This document shows, piece after piece, positions 11,330 to 26,820 of a DNA stretch of 64,000 nucleotides. The notes under the pieces are model-generated. The model was not told the origin of the DNA and did no database searches. It saw only the letters and a list, made by a program, of their open reading frames with translations. How positions within the stretch are numbered: position 1 is the first letter of the stretch; every line of letters begins with the position of its first letter. A program made the translations under genes and the position numbers. This DNA is from Eledone cirrhosa (lineage: Eukaryota): NCBI GenBank assembly GCA_964016885.1, contig OZ024740.1, positions 62,992,001-63,056,000 of the forward strand, given 5' to 3'.

Positions 11330-13090
11330 TATTTCGGAAGTACCATAATTCCTTCCAGCATACACTTGTAAAATACATTAAAAGATTCAAATCAACTAAG
11401 AATGTTTTTGTATTTTCTGATAAAACAAACAATTTATAACAACTGGATAAGGAAAAATATACCAACCTCGTACATAATAGCATAACAAATATAGACAGAA
11501 AGGCCAAACCTAACACCTATAATAAGATTAATGATTGTTTCTACTGTTAGCACAAGGCCACCAATTATCCCAGTGCATTACTGGTACTTTATTTTATCGA
11601 CCCCGTAAGGATGAAAGGCAAAGTCAACCTCGGCGGGATTTGAACTCAGATCGTAAAGGGACGTAACTATGCTGGAAAGCATGGCGTCCGACCCTCTACC
11701 GATACTGCCATAATAAGGTTAATGATGAGGCCAAATATGTTGTCACAAATTAAAAAAATAGACAATATAGTTAAACGCTTAGCGGAACGTGATAGCATCA
11801 TTACCACGAAGCACGAAGGATCATAAACCTGAATTTACTTACAGGCCTACTTGTAAATTAATAAATCCTGTAAGGAAAGATTTAAGGCTTGTTATAAAAA
11901 AAAAAATAAGAGACATCAACATCTGTATTATTAAAAACATCAATCTCTCACTGTGGAATAATACATCTGCCATATCCTGGTTCACAGAAATTCCCTTCAA
12001 GAACAGGAACAAATTTACACATTTTGATATAGATGTTTATACCTCTATTTCTAGGACCCTTCTTAATAACGCTTCAGACTTTGCTCATTCTTTCATATAT
12101 ATTAGCAACATGGAATATGACCTTATATTCCACGCCCGTAGAATCCTCCTATTTAGTAACGGTTCTATATGGCTAATATAATCTTACCCCGATGATTCTT
12201 TTCATATCTCTATGGGATCCTATGACAGTGCTGATGTTTGTAATCTTATCGGATTATACATACTTCATACGCTAAAGTCTAAATTCCCCAAACACTCCTT
12301 TGGTTTATACTGTGACGATGATATTTCATTTTCACAAGATTGTAACGGACAAACTTTTGACAGATTCCGTAAACATTTAATTGACTCATTTAGTACTCTA
12401 GAACTTAAAATTACGATTGAAACAAATCTTACCAACGAAAATATTTTAGATGCAAACTTAAATCTTTAAATACTTAGTTTCTAACATTAGTCGTATAAGC
12501 TTTAATCTATCAGCAACAAGGGAGATTTTCGATAAGACAGAGCCTTACTACAACTAAGCCCCCTTAGATAGTGGTTTTAATGATGAAATTAGGTACACAC
12601 CCAATCATTCCCACCCTAACCATAATAATAGAAATAATAATAGAAAAAGAATAATTACCTGGTTCACATCCCCTTTTCCCCTTAAAGAAAAAGACTAATT
12701 TTGGCAAAACATTTTAAGATTTATTAGATAGACTTTTCCCACTACAACATAGATATAGTAGAATATTCAATCGTAACACCGTCAAGATATTCTATTCATG
12801 AGGACCAAGATTCAAAATTACTAGAAAATATATACCTGACGATAGTCCGAGTTGCTCCTGTAGGATTAAAGAACACTTCCCTCTTCAATAGAAGTGTAAT
12901 ATCAAATCCGTTGCGTATGAAGCAGAGATTACTCACAACAACACAGAAAGTTCTGAAATTCACGAAAGATTCGTCGGTATGGTGCAAGATCATTTTAAAC
13001 ATGGTTTTTACACACATCTCCACTCCTTCACAAATTCTGTAATACATTAATAAATATATTACATTCCACCACAATACTTCTGCTATAGTA
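11330..13090 (+). pseudogene. Decayed Naiad-like PLE RT/GIY-YIG, interrupted by a SINE
   Basis: KDHKPEF..PTCKLINP; FDI..YTSIS; MGSYDSADVCNLIG..YCDD; CSCRIKEHFPL..C; multiple stops and frameshifts. Confidence 0.82.
11535..11710 (-). mobile_element. tRNA-derived SINE with Nin-domain-like core
   Basis: Reverse strand: A-box TGGCAGTATCGG, B-box GAGTTCAAATCC, core CTTTGCCTTTCATCCTTACGGGGTCGATAAAATAAAGTACCAG; multiple copies in the window. Confidence 0.85.
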
Positions 13091-13349
13091 TACGAACACA
13101 AACACCTGATTAATCTCATAATTCGTATTTACATCTAGGAGTTATTTCCACTATTTTTGGACGTTATCTTTCGTAAACTTGGGTTCTTTGCAAAATTTAC
13201 TTTCAACGGTATCTTATAAACTCATATTTGAACCTGAAGAAAGGTCACTATTTTGATGCCTCTTGTTTTTTGGAGGTATGGTCAAGTTTAAACTTTGAGA
13301 GCTTGAGTAGTGCTTTTGTTCCGTGTATGTACATAAACAATATAATATC

Positions 13350-13389
<40 letters not shown>

Positions 13390-13483
13390 TGTAGTAATAA
13401 TAAATGCGAAGACTAAAGTTCAAAGAGGGCTCGTGAGATTATAAGATCCCGTTAAGGCTGAAAGCAGCGATTCTTTGCTTAAA

Positions 13484-13546
<63 letters not shown>

Positions 13547-13552
<6 letters not shown>

Positions 13553-14385
13553 ACTAGAAATTGATTGACATATAATTAAACATATGAAACAATCACAGGA
13601 GATAATTTGTAAAAGTGTGTAAGCACACATAGCTAGGTAGGCAACTAAATAAAGTTTAACTAGAACTTCAAAAATAGATACCTTATAATTTGATTAATCT
13701 TCCTCGTATATATTCCATTAAAGAAATATATTTCACCAATTAATCGATTGGTAAACGACAGTAGCCAGGTCCTGGATTTTCAACAAGGAAGAGGTCCAGC
13801 GATCTGTGTTTACGCATCAAGTTCAAATCAGCGACTAGCCAGTAACACGTGCTGTATCCACTAAAACTACACACATCATACCAGCTTCGTCCCAGTGGCG
13901 TGAATAGGGTTATAGACAACTAGAAACAGCAGTCAAGTCCTTTCAACTGAGTTAGCTCTACAATTAAGGGGCGTATTTATATATATCCAAAATTAAGATA
14001 AATTGAATTAAATTAAATTAAATCAAATTAAATTAAGGGTGTCATGTCAGATAGACATGCGCCATATCACCCGTAAAATATGCTCCAAGATTCTAATGAG
14101 TAGATCCGAGCATTTTATATCAACTAGAAATTGATTGACATATAATTAAACATATGAAACAATCACAGGGGATAATTTGTAAAAGTGTGTAAGCACACAT
14201 AGCTAGGTAGGTAACTAAATAAAGTTTAACTAGAACTTCAAAAATAGATACCTTATAATTTGATTAATCTTCCTCGTATATATTCCATTAAAGAAATATA
14301 TTTCACTTGTTGAAAGTCCAGGACCTGGCTACTGTCGTTTACCAATCGATTAATTGGTGAAATATATTTCTTTAATGGAATATAG
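13547..14385. repeat. 570-bp-period partial tandem repeat with terminal inversion (PLE-like insertion architecture)
   Basis: CAACTAGAAATTGATTGAC at 13551 and 14121; 14307-14385 is the reverse complement of ~13707-13787; (TA)n on the left. Confidence 0.7.
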
Positions 14386-15689
<1,304 letters not shown>

Positions 15690-15933
15690 CGGTGTGGATT
15701 CAGCCGGTTAGGTCAATACCCAACAGAGTACTCAATACGTGGGTTAGTACAGTATGGTTATATTATAAAGAGCCGAGACCCGACGGCTATGCTTTTGCCG
15801 CTTCAACAGCTAGTCTGGAACTATATATATATAGAGATATATGTGTGTGTGTATATATAAATATTATTTTAGCTAAGAAGTTTTCATTTAAGTAACTCGG
15901 TCTGTTGGGTCTGCATTAATACTTGCCATCTTG

Positions 15934-15997
<64 letters not shown>

Positions 15998-17505
15998 CAA
16001 GTTTGTAGAATTATTAGATAAAATATATCCAGTCTTTCTTCACCCTAGTCCGTAGAAATTAACTAGATAAATAATCATTTAAACGAGGCTATAAGTTTAA
16101 AATGTAACTATGAAGGAATAATAGACAAATGATACAGACTACTTTCCGCGAGGAACAGTCAGATAAAATGTATCTAGTCTTTCGTCTTAGCCCGTAGAAA
16201 TTAACTAGACAAATAATTAATTAAACGGAGCTAAGTCTAAAATATAAGTTAGAAGAAAAAATGCGTATAAACTTTACCACTGACCACGTGATGATTCTTA
16301 CCCATTTTTGAATTCATTTCTGGCTGTGACCACTGTAGAAATTTTAGTCCAAACCTGAGGGATCTTGATAAGCTCTAAGCCTCATGGGTAATACCAAGAT
16401 CGGACATATCCACAAAGTACGAGCGAAACTATCGATAGTCGGGACTACAGAAATTTTAGTAAAGTTTATATGCATTTTTATATGGTAAAGTTTATATGCA
16501 TTTTTGGTAAAGTTTATATGCATTATACTTTATGATATTTTTCTGCAGTATCTAATTGACATTAATTTGCTTAATTCATATATGGCGTACTGTGTTATCA
16601 GATTAACTAGCTGATGTAAAAAGGGTCAACACATCGTTGACCTATACATATCTGAATAAAACTGGTTTTCATCTTTTCTTCATTTCTGAAAGTGAGTTCA
16701 TGACTGCTCTGCCACTTGCTTGAATCTTTACCTTCGCATGGTAAATATTATTTTAGCTAAGGAGTTTTCATTTAAGTAACTCGGTCTGTTGGGTCTGCAT
16801 TAATACTTGCCATCTTGGACTAGTCCTTCGAAGTTTGCACATCTGGTTGGGAAGTAATGGATAATAAATGTGTAGTTATGTGTGATCTATCAATTTCTGC
16901 TAACGGTTAGGTTGAACCAGATGTTATATGTCTGATCCTTCTTGGATAAGAAACTTCTTTTCTCTTCAAATAATTTAAAAAAAATATTGTAGTAACTGTA
17001 GATTTATTGAATCCAGCATTAAGTGTAAATATACTGAATAGTTTTCTACATTTATCGCTAACTAAATATTTTAATATATTAGGAGGGTGATTATAACTTA
17101 TGTCTAAGAAGTTACCTTTGTCTATATTTCTATTAAGTGTATAATTAAATCTAAAATTCTTGGATTGTATAATGCAAATGTTTCCTATATATGTGATATA
17201 TGGCCGTTCGTGATACGCGAGAATATATGGTTATCATCTCTGTGTAATACATCGTTGAGAATTTGTTGGTTAGTGTATCTAAAATGCATACTACAAGCAG
17301 CTTACCTATCCAAGATCCGACGTAGCAATTGGAGCATGCTGAATGACAAACTACAGTTGCAGATTTGGCTTAGCTTGACCATCTTAAGTAATTTCTTATT
17401 CGCTGAAGGTTTAATGTCTCAAATCCATTCACCCCATTGTGAATTGTTTGTGGCGTTGTCTCTGACGAACAGTTTCTAAATAGTTACAATAATTGCACAG
17501 CTTAT

Positions 17506-17660
17506 TGTTTCTGATTTAGGCACAAGGTCAGCAATTTGGAGGGAGGAAAAATTCGATAAAAATCGACCGCCAGTGCATTACTGGTACTTTATTTTATCGA
17601 CCCCGTAAGGATAAAAAGCAAAGCTAACCTCGGCGAGATTTGAAATCAGAACGTAAAGGC
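17506..17660 (-). mobile_element. SINE copy (partial)
   Basis: CCAGTGCATTACTGGTACTTTATTTTATCGACCCCGTAAGGAT matches 11535-11710. Confidence 0.8.
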
Positions 17661-17827
17661 CTTATTGCAAATCATTCAATTGCTTAACAAAGAACAACAG
17701 GGAACCCATACGTTTTTCTAAGTATGTCAATTATTTCCTCAAACTCTTTTTGACAACCGCTAAGTTATGGGATATGAACACAGGCCATACATACATACAT
17801 ATATACATACATACATACATATATGTG

Positions 17828-19265
17828 CCCTCCTCTAGAAATCTAGAGATGAACGGCCTGACAATACAACCTCTACAGTCAGGTGACAACTACAGATATC
17901 TTGGACAGGATGAAAATGTCAGATATGATGGATCCATAAATAAGGAGAGAACCAGAACTGAATAGCTCAGAAGAGTAAAGAAAATATGGTCATCAGAATT
18001 GTCAGCGTACAACAAGTACTTATGCTGTGCCAATTCTAACGCCAACATTTGGCCTGCTGAACTGGTCATTGCAAGAACTAAGTGAGATGAATGTTAGCAT
18101 TCGAAAACTTCTCAGTGTCACTGGGAACTTTAACATAAATGGTGATGTGGATAGGCTATACTTCTCACGCAAAGAAGGTGGCCGGGGTCTAAAATCCATA
18201 TTAACATCATATGAGACCCGGATAGTAACACTGAAACAACATCTTCAACAGAGGAAAAAGGTTGGCAACCATCTTGCCCAGGTTTATGAGCATGAAGAAG
18301 AAAATATCATTAGGATAGCCACTGGTCTGGAGGAGAGATATGGAATAAAGCCTGATATAAATCTCTCACCCAGAGAAATCGGAAGATCCTATTCAATGTT
18401 CAAACAAGATGAAAAAATTGACCCATTTACAGAAAAAGTTGTGCATGGATACTTGAGACGTAAAACACAGACCATAGAGGGGATAAACCACTCAAAAAGC
18501 CTGGCATGGAGTTCCGACAAGTTTATGACATCACACCTTGAGAGATATCTCTATGCAATACAGGAACAACAACTCCCTACCAAATATCTGTTGCACAAAA
18601 GAGGAGGGACATCAGCTGACAATTGCAGGCTATGTAAAACAAAGATCGAAGATGTAAGCTACATTGTTGCCAGCTGCGAAAGAATGTCATCTCGCTACTA
18701 CCTCCCCATGAGACACGATGGGATAGCTAGAACCATCTGGAATGCACTTCGGAAAACAAAATTAAAAACAAACGGGGAAGAATATATTGAGACAGATGGC
18801 ACTAAGGAATACTGGTAGAACCTGAAAATAAAAACTGCCACCAAATTAAAGCACAACCGGCCTGATATTGTTGTTTGGGACCACACATTGAAAACGTGTT
18901 CTGTTGTGGAGATCAGCTGCCCACTTGATGTAAACGTTGTCAGAAAAAATACAGGAGAAGGAGGACATCTACGGACTATTGATGAGGAGTTTACAATTCC
19001 AGTATCCAAGATACACCTTTAGCTCCATACCCATCATTATTGGAGCTACGGGTTATATACCAACCCGCTTGGACCAATGTATAACTGAACTTGGATTTGC
19101 GGACAAAGAGCGCAGCTCCCTAATTCATAGTCTACAAATGGCTGCGATAGCTGGCACCTTCAAAATTTGCAAAACATTCTTGCGATTCAAGGGATGACAA
19201 TTTCTTTTCTTTTACAACCTTGCCACCAGGAAGGTGGCCGGTCAAAAATATACTAAAAATTAAGA
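17828..19265 (+). mobile_element. 5'-truncated, frameshifted REL-endonuclease non-LTR retrotransposon (R4/Dong-like)
   Basis: YRYLG; DRLYFSRKEGGRGL; CRLC..EDVSYIVASC..RHD; KHNRPDIVVWD..VEISCP; PIIIGATG. Confidence 0.85.
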
Positions 19266-19483
19266 GAAAGAGAGAATACATATATATATGGGCATTAACT
19301 CTAACATAGCTTTGTATATGAAATATGTGAATTTGTATATCTGTCAATATACGGTATGTTCCAACAGAAGCTAAGTACATACTAGATAGCGCTACGTCAT
19401 CAGTTTTCAAATTCATAGCTGAAGGCTTTCAAAATGTTTATTTATAAACATATCGTACATCGCCAGATATATAAATTAACGTA

Positions 19484-19604
<121 letters not shown>

Positions 19605-19907
19605 TATATACATATGTGTGTGTATGTATATGTATATATATATATGGAGTGTCTATGATCCGAAATCCGGAAGGACAAGAAATCAGGCTAGTATTCGATG
19701 CATGATGATGTGCAGAGTGAGTATATCGAACACCCGCTGCAATAGTCACCCCTCCCCACCACCTCAGGCCGCTGGCGTTTTGAGGAACTACTTAGTTGTG
19801 GGATATGAACACAGAATACACGAAAACATACGCACGCACAGAAACACACACAGATAAAGACACACACGCACAGGCACGCACGCACACTCACACACACACG
19901 CACAAAT

Positions 19908-19940
<33 letters not shown>

Positions 19941-20404
19941 CGGAGTGTCTACGGTCCGAAGAACAGGAATACCATAACTCAGGCGACTACTCAATGCATG
20001 ATGAGATGGAAAGGGAGTATTCCGAATACATAGAATCAACTATGCATATATATATATATATATATATCAACTATGTATATTATATTATGTACAAACTATG
20101 TAAGAAGACGGCTGCAGCTTGATAACGGGAGTCATCCCCATGCCAGTAATTGGTGTGGGTCGGTGGCTATTTTGCCGGGAGGGTTGGGGCATAGCGTAGA
20201 AGGATTTGTTTGGTTTAACTTTTCCTTTAAAGGACTGAGTCTGATTCTGGTGAATATAGGTGTATAGTTTATGTTTGTTTGAATTCTTGTTGGCTTTGGT
20301 TTAATTTGGATATATATATACATGGAGGATATTCGTAGATAAAATATAAAGGCAAGCAATTATCAATCTATTGCAAGAGAGTTTATTTAGTATTAATAAA
20401 GTTT

Positions 20405-20640
20405 CATACATTTAACATGTATGTGCGATCATTGGTGTCGGTGTTCAATTATGGCACCCACTGTATATTAGAGAAGGATCTTCCAAATGAACCCCTCATC
20501 GGGCACTGGGACAATATACCGGGTATATTTGTCCAAGTGCCCGATGAGGAGTCAGTCTGGAAAAGCCTCCTCCAATATACAGTGGTGGCCATAACTTATC
20601 ACCGAAATCAAAGGTCGCACATACATGTTAAGTGTATGAA
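20405..20640. mobile_element. Diverged fold-back PLE end with an HHR on each arm (20423-20506 minus, 20537-20620 plus)
   Basis: gtgc-CCGATGA-gg..cc-GAAA-tcaaagg-TC-gcac; inverted arms around ~20520. Confidence 0.7.
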
Positions 20641-20938
20641 ACCTTTGTGATTTTTTTTGCTTGTGCTTTTTACTTATACCTATTACACTTCCAAGCAGTG
20701 CTGCCTGTAATTGTGTTCTTTCAAGCAGAACATCTTTTTAACTCCTGACTCTCCACATGATGCCTATGACACTAATAACAATTATGTACCCTAAATGTTC
20801 TAAATGACTGGCATTTTACTTACATGTTTCGACATTCTTTATGCTCCGATGATTCCAGACATCCCTCTGGAAGAAACAATTGCCAGCTAATAAATGTTCT
20901 AAACTAAAATTTGATCGTTTTAAAACTTTCTATGTATG

Positions 20939-20971
<33 letters not shown>

Positions 20972-21075
20972 ATATGAAGTAATTCCGTCGGAAAAGTCCA
21001 GGAAAAAAGAGTGCTCTATGTAAGCAACAGAGCTTAATTATTATTATTATGTAATAAAAAACATAAGGCAATTAT

Positions 21076-21133
21076 TCCATTTACCAGTGGTTTCTTAAAA
21101 GCAAAAGGTTTTGCTTTCAATCCTCAGAATGAA
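21076..21133 (-). ncRNA. Type-I hammerhead ribozyme
   Basis: Reverse strand: ttcatt-CTGAGGA-ttgaaagcaaaa cc ttttgcttttaa-GAAA-cc act gg-TA-aatgga. Confidence 0.8.
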
Positions 21134-21437
21134 AAAATCCTGGTTTGTTTATTGAATTTGGATCTTAAAAAAACAAAAAAAGCAAGCTATATGAAAGTGA
21201 GGCTGGAGAAGGAAGAAGGAAAATAAAAATAAAATAAGACTACACATACAACCACACATACACGAAAAAACATAAAAGCACACACACACACACATACACA
21301 CACACACACATACACACACACGCATACACACACACACGTTATTCCGGGTTGAATCGGAGGCAGCCACAGTAAGCAAGGCACTCAGTACACCGCAGAGCAT
21401 GAAAGTTTTAATATAGATGAGAATCTGTATATGTATA

Positions 21438-21507
<70 letters not shown>

Positions 21508-21836
21508 TGTGTATGCGCGCACGCACGCACGCGTATACAGATATAAATATATTTCCCCCATACACATGTGTGTGCGTGCAAGTGTCTCGTGAATTAGATT
21601 ATACTTAGAAAAAGTCTACAGAATTCCCTAAACCTTCGTCAATTTACTAGAACCTTTAAGAATTTAGCTTTTAAGGAATCTCCCCTTCCTCCAAATCTAT
21701 CTACCATGACTGACCCCATACTGATCTTACAGACACCCGTAAGCTAAAGAGAAACCTAATGATAAGGATTGGCTCCAATCTGAATACAGAAATCTGTCTG
21801 CCTTTGTTCCTCTAAGAACAAACATATACAAACATT

Positions 21837-21935
<99 letters not shown>

Positions 21936-22005
21936 CTACACACACACAAGCATACATATATATATATACACACACACATACACACACACACACATGCATA
22001 TATAC

Positions 22006-22036
<31 letters not shown>

Positions 22037-22118
22037 TATATACACGCATATATATACATACATATATATATATATGCGCGTGCGTACACGCATACACATA
22101 CGTACACATAGCCATACC

Positions 22119-22176
<58 letters not shown>

Positions 22177-22701
22177 CATACATTCACACAATCAAACATA
22201 TATACACACGTACATGCATACACATACATAAATGCACTCCTCTACATATTCACACACGCAAATAAATATAGGAAAAAATATATATATATATATATATATA
22301 TTATAAAAACATTGAGACCGTTACATAAGGCAGCAAACTGGACAGACAAGCGTGGTAAGAAACACACACAAAAGCACATATACATACGCACGAAATAGTC
22401 AACGCATTCTCACTCTCTCACACATAAAAAAAATTTCAAATACAAATACAAAAACGCATACATACGCATACATGCAAAACCACGCACAAGTGTACAATCT
22501 ATACACACACACATGTGTATACAACTATATGCACACACACACATATATGCATACATATACACACATATATATATACATAAATACAAACGTACACACACAC
22601 ATATATATACACGTACACATACACACACATATACATACATAGCTAAACAATTATACACATACAAATACGTATATATCATAAACACGCACAACAGAACACA
22701 A

Positions 22702-22752
<51 letters not shown>

Positions 22753-22801
22753 TATACAATTATCAATATATACACACGCACATATGTACACACACACATA
22801 T

Positions 22802-22862
<61 letters not shown>

Positions 22863-23031
22863 TGCATATACACATATACACACATACACACAACCACGCA
22901 CACACACATGCATACACATACACACACGTATATGCGTGTGTGTATGTAAAACTCAATCTTAGATAAATCATAAGGACCTTACATATACGTATATATAGTA
23001 GTAAAGTATTAAAGCAACATAAGGCAATTAT

Positions 23032-23090
23032 TCCATTTACCAAGGGTTTCTTAACAGCAAAAAAATTTGTCCTACAATCTTCAGGATGAG
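23032..23090 (-). ncRNA. Type-I hammerhead ribozyme (homolog of 21076-21133) at the 3' end of the Naiad-like PLE
   Basis: Reverse strand: ctcatc-CTGAAGA-ttgtag..ctgttaa-GAAA-cc ctt gg-TA-aatgga. Confidence 0.65.
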
Positions 23091-23243
23091 AGAAACCTGG
23101 CTTATCCACACATACACATATATACACACACACACAAATACATACACATATAAATACATACACACAGGCACACACACACATACGTATAAACATATATACA
23201 TACACACATACACATACACACACATATCTATATGTATATATAT

Positions 23244-23284
<41 letters not shown>

Positions 23285-23485
23285 GACAAATATACATACA
23301 CATACACATAGGTATGTGGAGGGCAAGGCAAAAAGAATATATGTGGGGGGGGCGCATAGGAGAAGGTAAAATATAAGGGGAGGTAAGGGAGAAAAAAATA
23401 TATAATAAATGTAAGTATACAAGAGTACAGAACGTAGAAACAGTAAAATAAAAGCCGTAGCAGAAGTAAAGAGCAGAGAAGGAGT

Positions 23486-24530
23486 TCAAGGCGGTTGATT
23501 TCTCATAGGAGTGTCAATCCAGTTACAGATCAGGTGCGGTCTCAGATGAGGACAGCATCTGAAGATCTTAGTCTTTGAATTAAGGCAAGCGGAAGTGTCT
23601 CTCAAGTTTAGCAAAATCCTATACTTTTCTGTGGTACACAAAGAACAATTCTTTGTGCCCCTTTGGTACTCCCTCGAATGGTCTAATATAGACCAATCAA
23701 TAGAGTACGGGATGTTACTATCCTTGAGTTCCCACACCTTACTTGCGAGGGCCGTTGATGTTCGTTTATCGGAGTGCTTAAAAGAAGCGACATGTGAGTA
23801 AAATCTGGTTTTAAACCTGTCCTGGGTCATACCGACATATCGCTCACTCCTGGCTGGCTGGTTGTTGATTACTGGTGTTATCGTAGCCTCATAAACGACA
23901 GATTTAGTGTTACATCTACCCTGCAATGGGCATTCGTCCGGCTTCCTGCAACTGCATCCTGGATTTATTCTCGTCCGGTTTGAGCTGGTGATTTTGGACT
24001 TCATAGAGAGGCAACAAGAGTAGCTGATCTTGACTACGTTCCTATTAAATATCTTAAAGTATCTATGGTTAGGAGGAAAATGTTTGTCTAATAGTTCAAG
24101 GAATTTCCTTCCTACATTAGTTTTGACAGTTAGAGAGAAGGGGGTGTGAACCAAATAATCTTCCTTTTCCTGTTATTGTGGTTAGTTTTAGGGGGGAGGG
24201 GGGTAGGTAAATAAGAATTTTTTTCTTAAAACCGCTGTTCTTAAGGGCTTTATTATAATAAGGGGCGGCTTTATTAAAAATGTCTATAGACGAAGATAAG
24301 GTAGAAATCCTACGGCTAATGTTAGGAATAAGATTATTAAAAACTATAGGGGGATGGCAAGACTTTTTGTGTATATACCTAAGATTTTCGTTAGGTTTAT
24401 GGTAGGGTTTAAAAGAGACAGTAAGTAAATCAAGATTAATATCAAGAAAGTTAGCATTAGTAAGGTTCGTATCTATAGTAATTTTAAGGTTAACATTAGC
24501 AAAAGTATTGATTAAATCTTTACGGAAATA
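23486..24530 (-). pseudogene. Naiad-like PLE, RT thumb + GIY-YIG (frameshifted, 5'-truncated)
   Basis: NFLDINLDL..KPYHKPN..HPP; CSCRKPDECPLQGRC; VVYEA..YVGMT..FKTRFYSH; CSLCTTEK. Confidence 0.88.
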
Positions 24531-24560
24531 TATATATATATATACATACATACAGACATG

Positions 24561-24672
<112 letters not shown>

Positions 24673-26561
24673 ACGTGACTGTTCTCCAGAGGATAATTTT
24701 TATTTATGTATTTCATTTTATTTTTCTCATTTAGTTACTCTTTGTTTGGAAAAGTAGCGTTTCGAAATCCATGTTTCTATTAAAGTTTCGTGGCCTCCAT
24801 ATCCCTATCTTCAAAATCAGAATACATACTAGTCGTGTATTAGCCACGTGCCTACTAGTCATTGTAAAGTATCGTGGGTGCATGGTTTAAAATTATGCAA
24901 ATGTCGAAGTATGGCAGTTACTATCATTAGATTTAAGTATACTATATTAGTGTTAAATATTATAATAAATATTAATAAATCTTCCATATTTTACCTCTTG
25001 TTTTGTGTGGAATATTGTATAGAATTTGGGAATGGCTATGGTGTCAATGTTCTATTTGGAAAAGCGTCCCACATCTTCAATATGATGCACCTGGAATTGA
25101 ACAGATACAATAATGGAATTTATTGTTGGAGCTAGTGTTGTGACTGACATAATTTTGTCCAGTCCGTTCACCACGGCCCATTCTTTTATCTACCTGTGGT
25201 GTATAGACAATCCTCAATGTCAAATTACACACGAAGTGGAAATGACACCAATTATGAACTGGCGTGAGGTTTTGTGCGACGTCTAAAATACTCATCGACA
25301 ACAACTCTCAACAACGTGATGGCCCCGATGAAGATAGCACAATAGTTATCGAAGTTGATGAGAAGTATAAATGTATATGGCAGCTCTCGTCCTGTCATTG
25401 TGACATAACAGTTCGTTCCTGACGCTCATTACTGTCTTTATATCAAGATTGCCAATCGTAATGTCTCTTCCCTTAAGCTCCAAAATTTCAGTAAGGGGGA
25501 TTTAGATGTAGAATCATATTTATCAGTATAACGACTGAACAATAAATAAATAAATCTGTAAACAGAGTATAAAATAAATAGACAATTAGACAATAAATAC
25601 TAATTATATTCAGTAGAAGTCTTAATGGAAGGAGATTCTCCTTCCAAACAATAATCTTTCTCTTCCCCACTCCATCGTCTTCCTCGCACACAAATCGTTC
25701 GATCTTTACGGTAATTAAATTAATAAAACCAGTTTACATATTTATTTTGCATTCTCTTTTATTATGTTTTTATAATTATCATTTTCCTTGTAACTGCACT
25801 TTGTTTTAAAACTCATGAAAAATGATTTTGGGGTGGTTTTGTGGGGCTGGAACGGAATATTTATATTTTAATTAATTTCAATGAGGAAAATTGATTTGTA
25901 AAGCAAGTAAATCATAAAATGACCTTGGTCATGGAACGAATGGTCATGCGAGGTATGACTATAACTCAGAAACCTATGTCAGCAAGTTGTCATTTGTATA
26001 TATTTATTTTCATACCAATGTTCAATCGACCTATTGGATAATCATGTCGATACTTGGGATCGATATCGACCACTTTGGAAAATTTTGCTCTACGGTGTTG
26101 GAAAGCTAACTATTTTAATATACTTTGAAAGTTTATGCATTAAATATTTCGGAAATATCATGTTTCTTGTAGCCTAGTTTCCCCGATATGAAAATATGGA
26201 TCAATGTGTGCTTCCTGTTAGCAAAGTGTAGCAGCTAATTTAATGTAAAAATTGTTGCAATTTCCACAGGTGAAAATTAGATGGCAACACATTTTACGCT
26301 GACGTTAGACAAATTTAGAATTTGCTACAAGAAAGAGGTTGAGATATTTTCACCACACACTTACAGTGATTACTTTTAGTCATGAGTGAGTATGTGTGGT
26401 TGCATGGGTGTCTGCATTATGTGTGTCACTCTTCTACTTTTGAACATTAAGAATTTTCGCAAGATGACTATTTTATCTCTGTAGATCCCACTGAAGAAAC
26501 AGAGGAAAATATTGACCAGTCACGAAACATTGTTTTCATTTCCTTTCTTACTTTATTTATT

Positions 26562-26655
<94 letters not shown>

Positions 26656-26820
26656 TTCTCTCTCCCCCTCTCTCTCTATCTCTTTCGCTAGTTTCTGTGT
26701 GGCTATACTTTTCTTTGTTCCTTTTTTAAATATCTTTTCATTTATTTTTTATTTATGTACACGCACGGACAGACACTTATAATATATATATATATATCAC
26801 CTTGACTACCTTGACCGACC

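Noticed and set aside
16740-17480. Possible minus-strand PLE relic (IWFN-like peptide)
   Set aside because: Too decayed to assign without a profile search
19330-19410. Minus-strand CTGATGA..GGAA..GTA hammerhead candidate (similar weak candidates near 24760, 25325, 55715)
   Set aside because: Stem I or core too degenerate to support by eye
21149-23489. Many overlapping 60-226 aa ORFs rich in YI/CV/HT dipeptides (also near 7300, 10780, 15480, 19440, 29010, 43440, 55420, 58020, 62050)
   Set aside because: Translations of (TA)n/(CA)n/(TACA)n microsatellites; no coding signal
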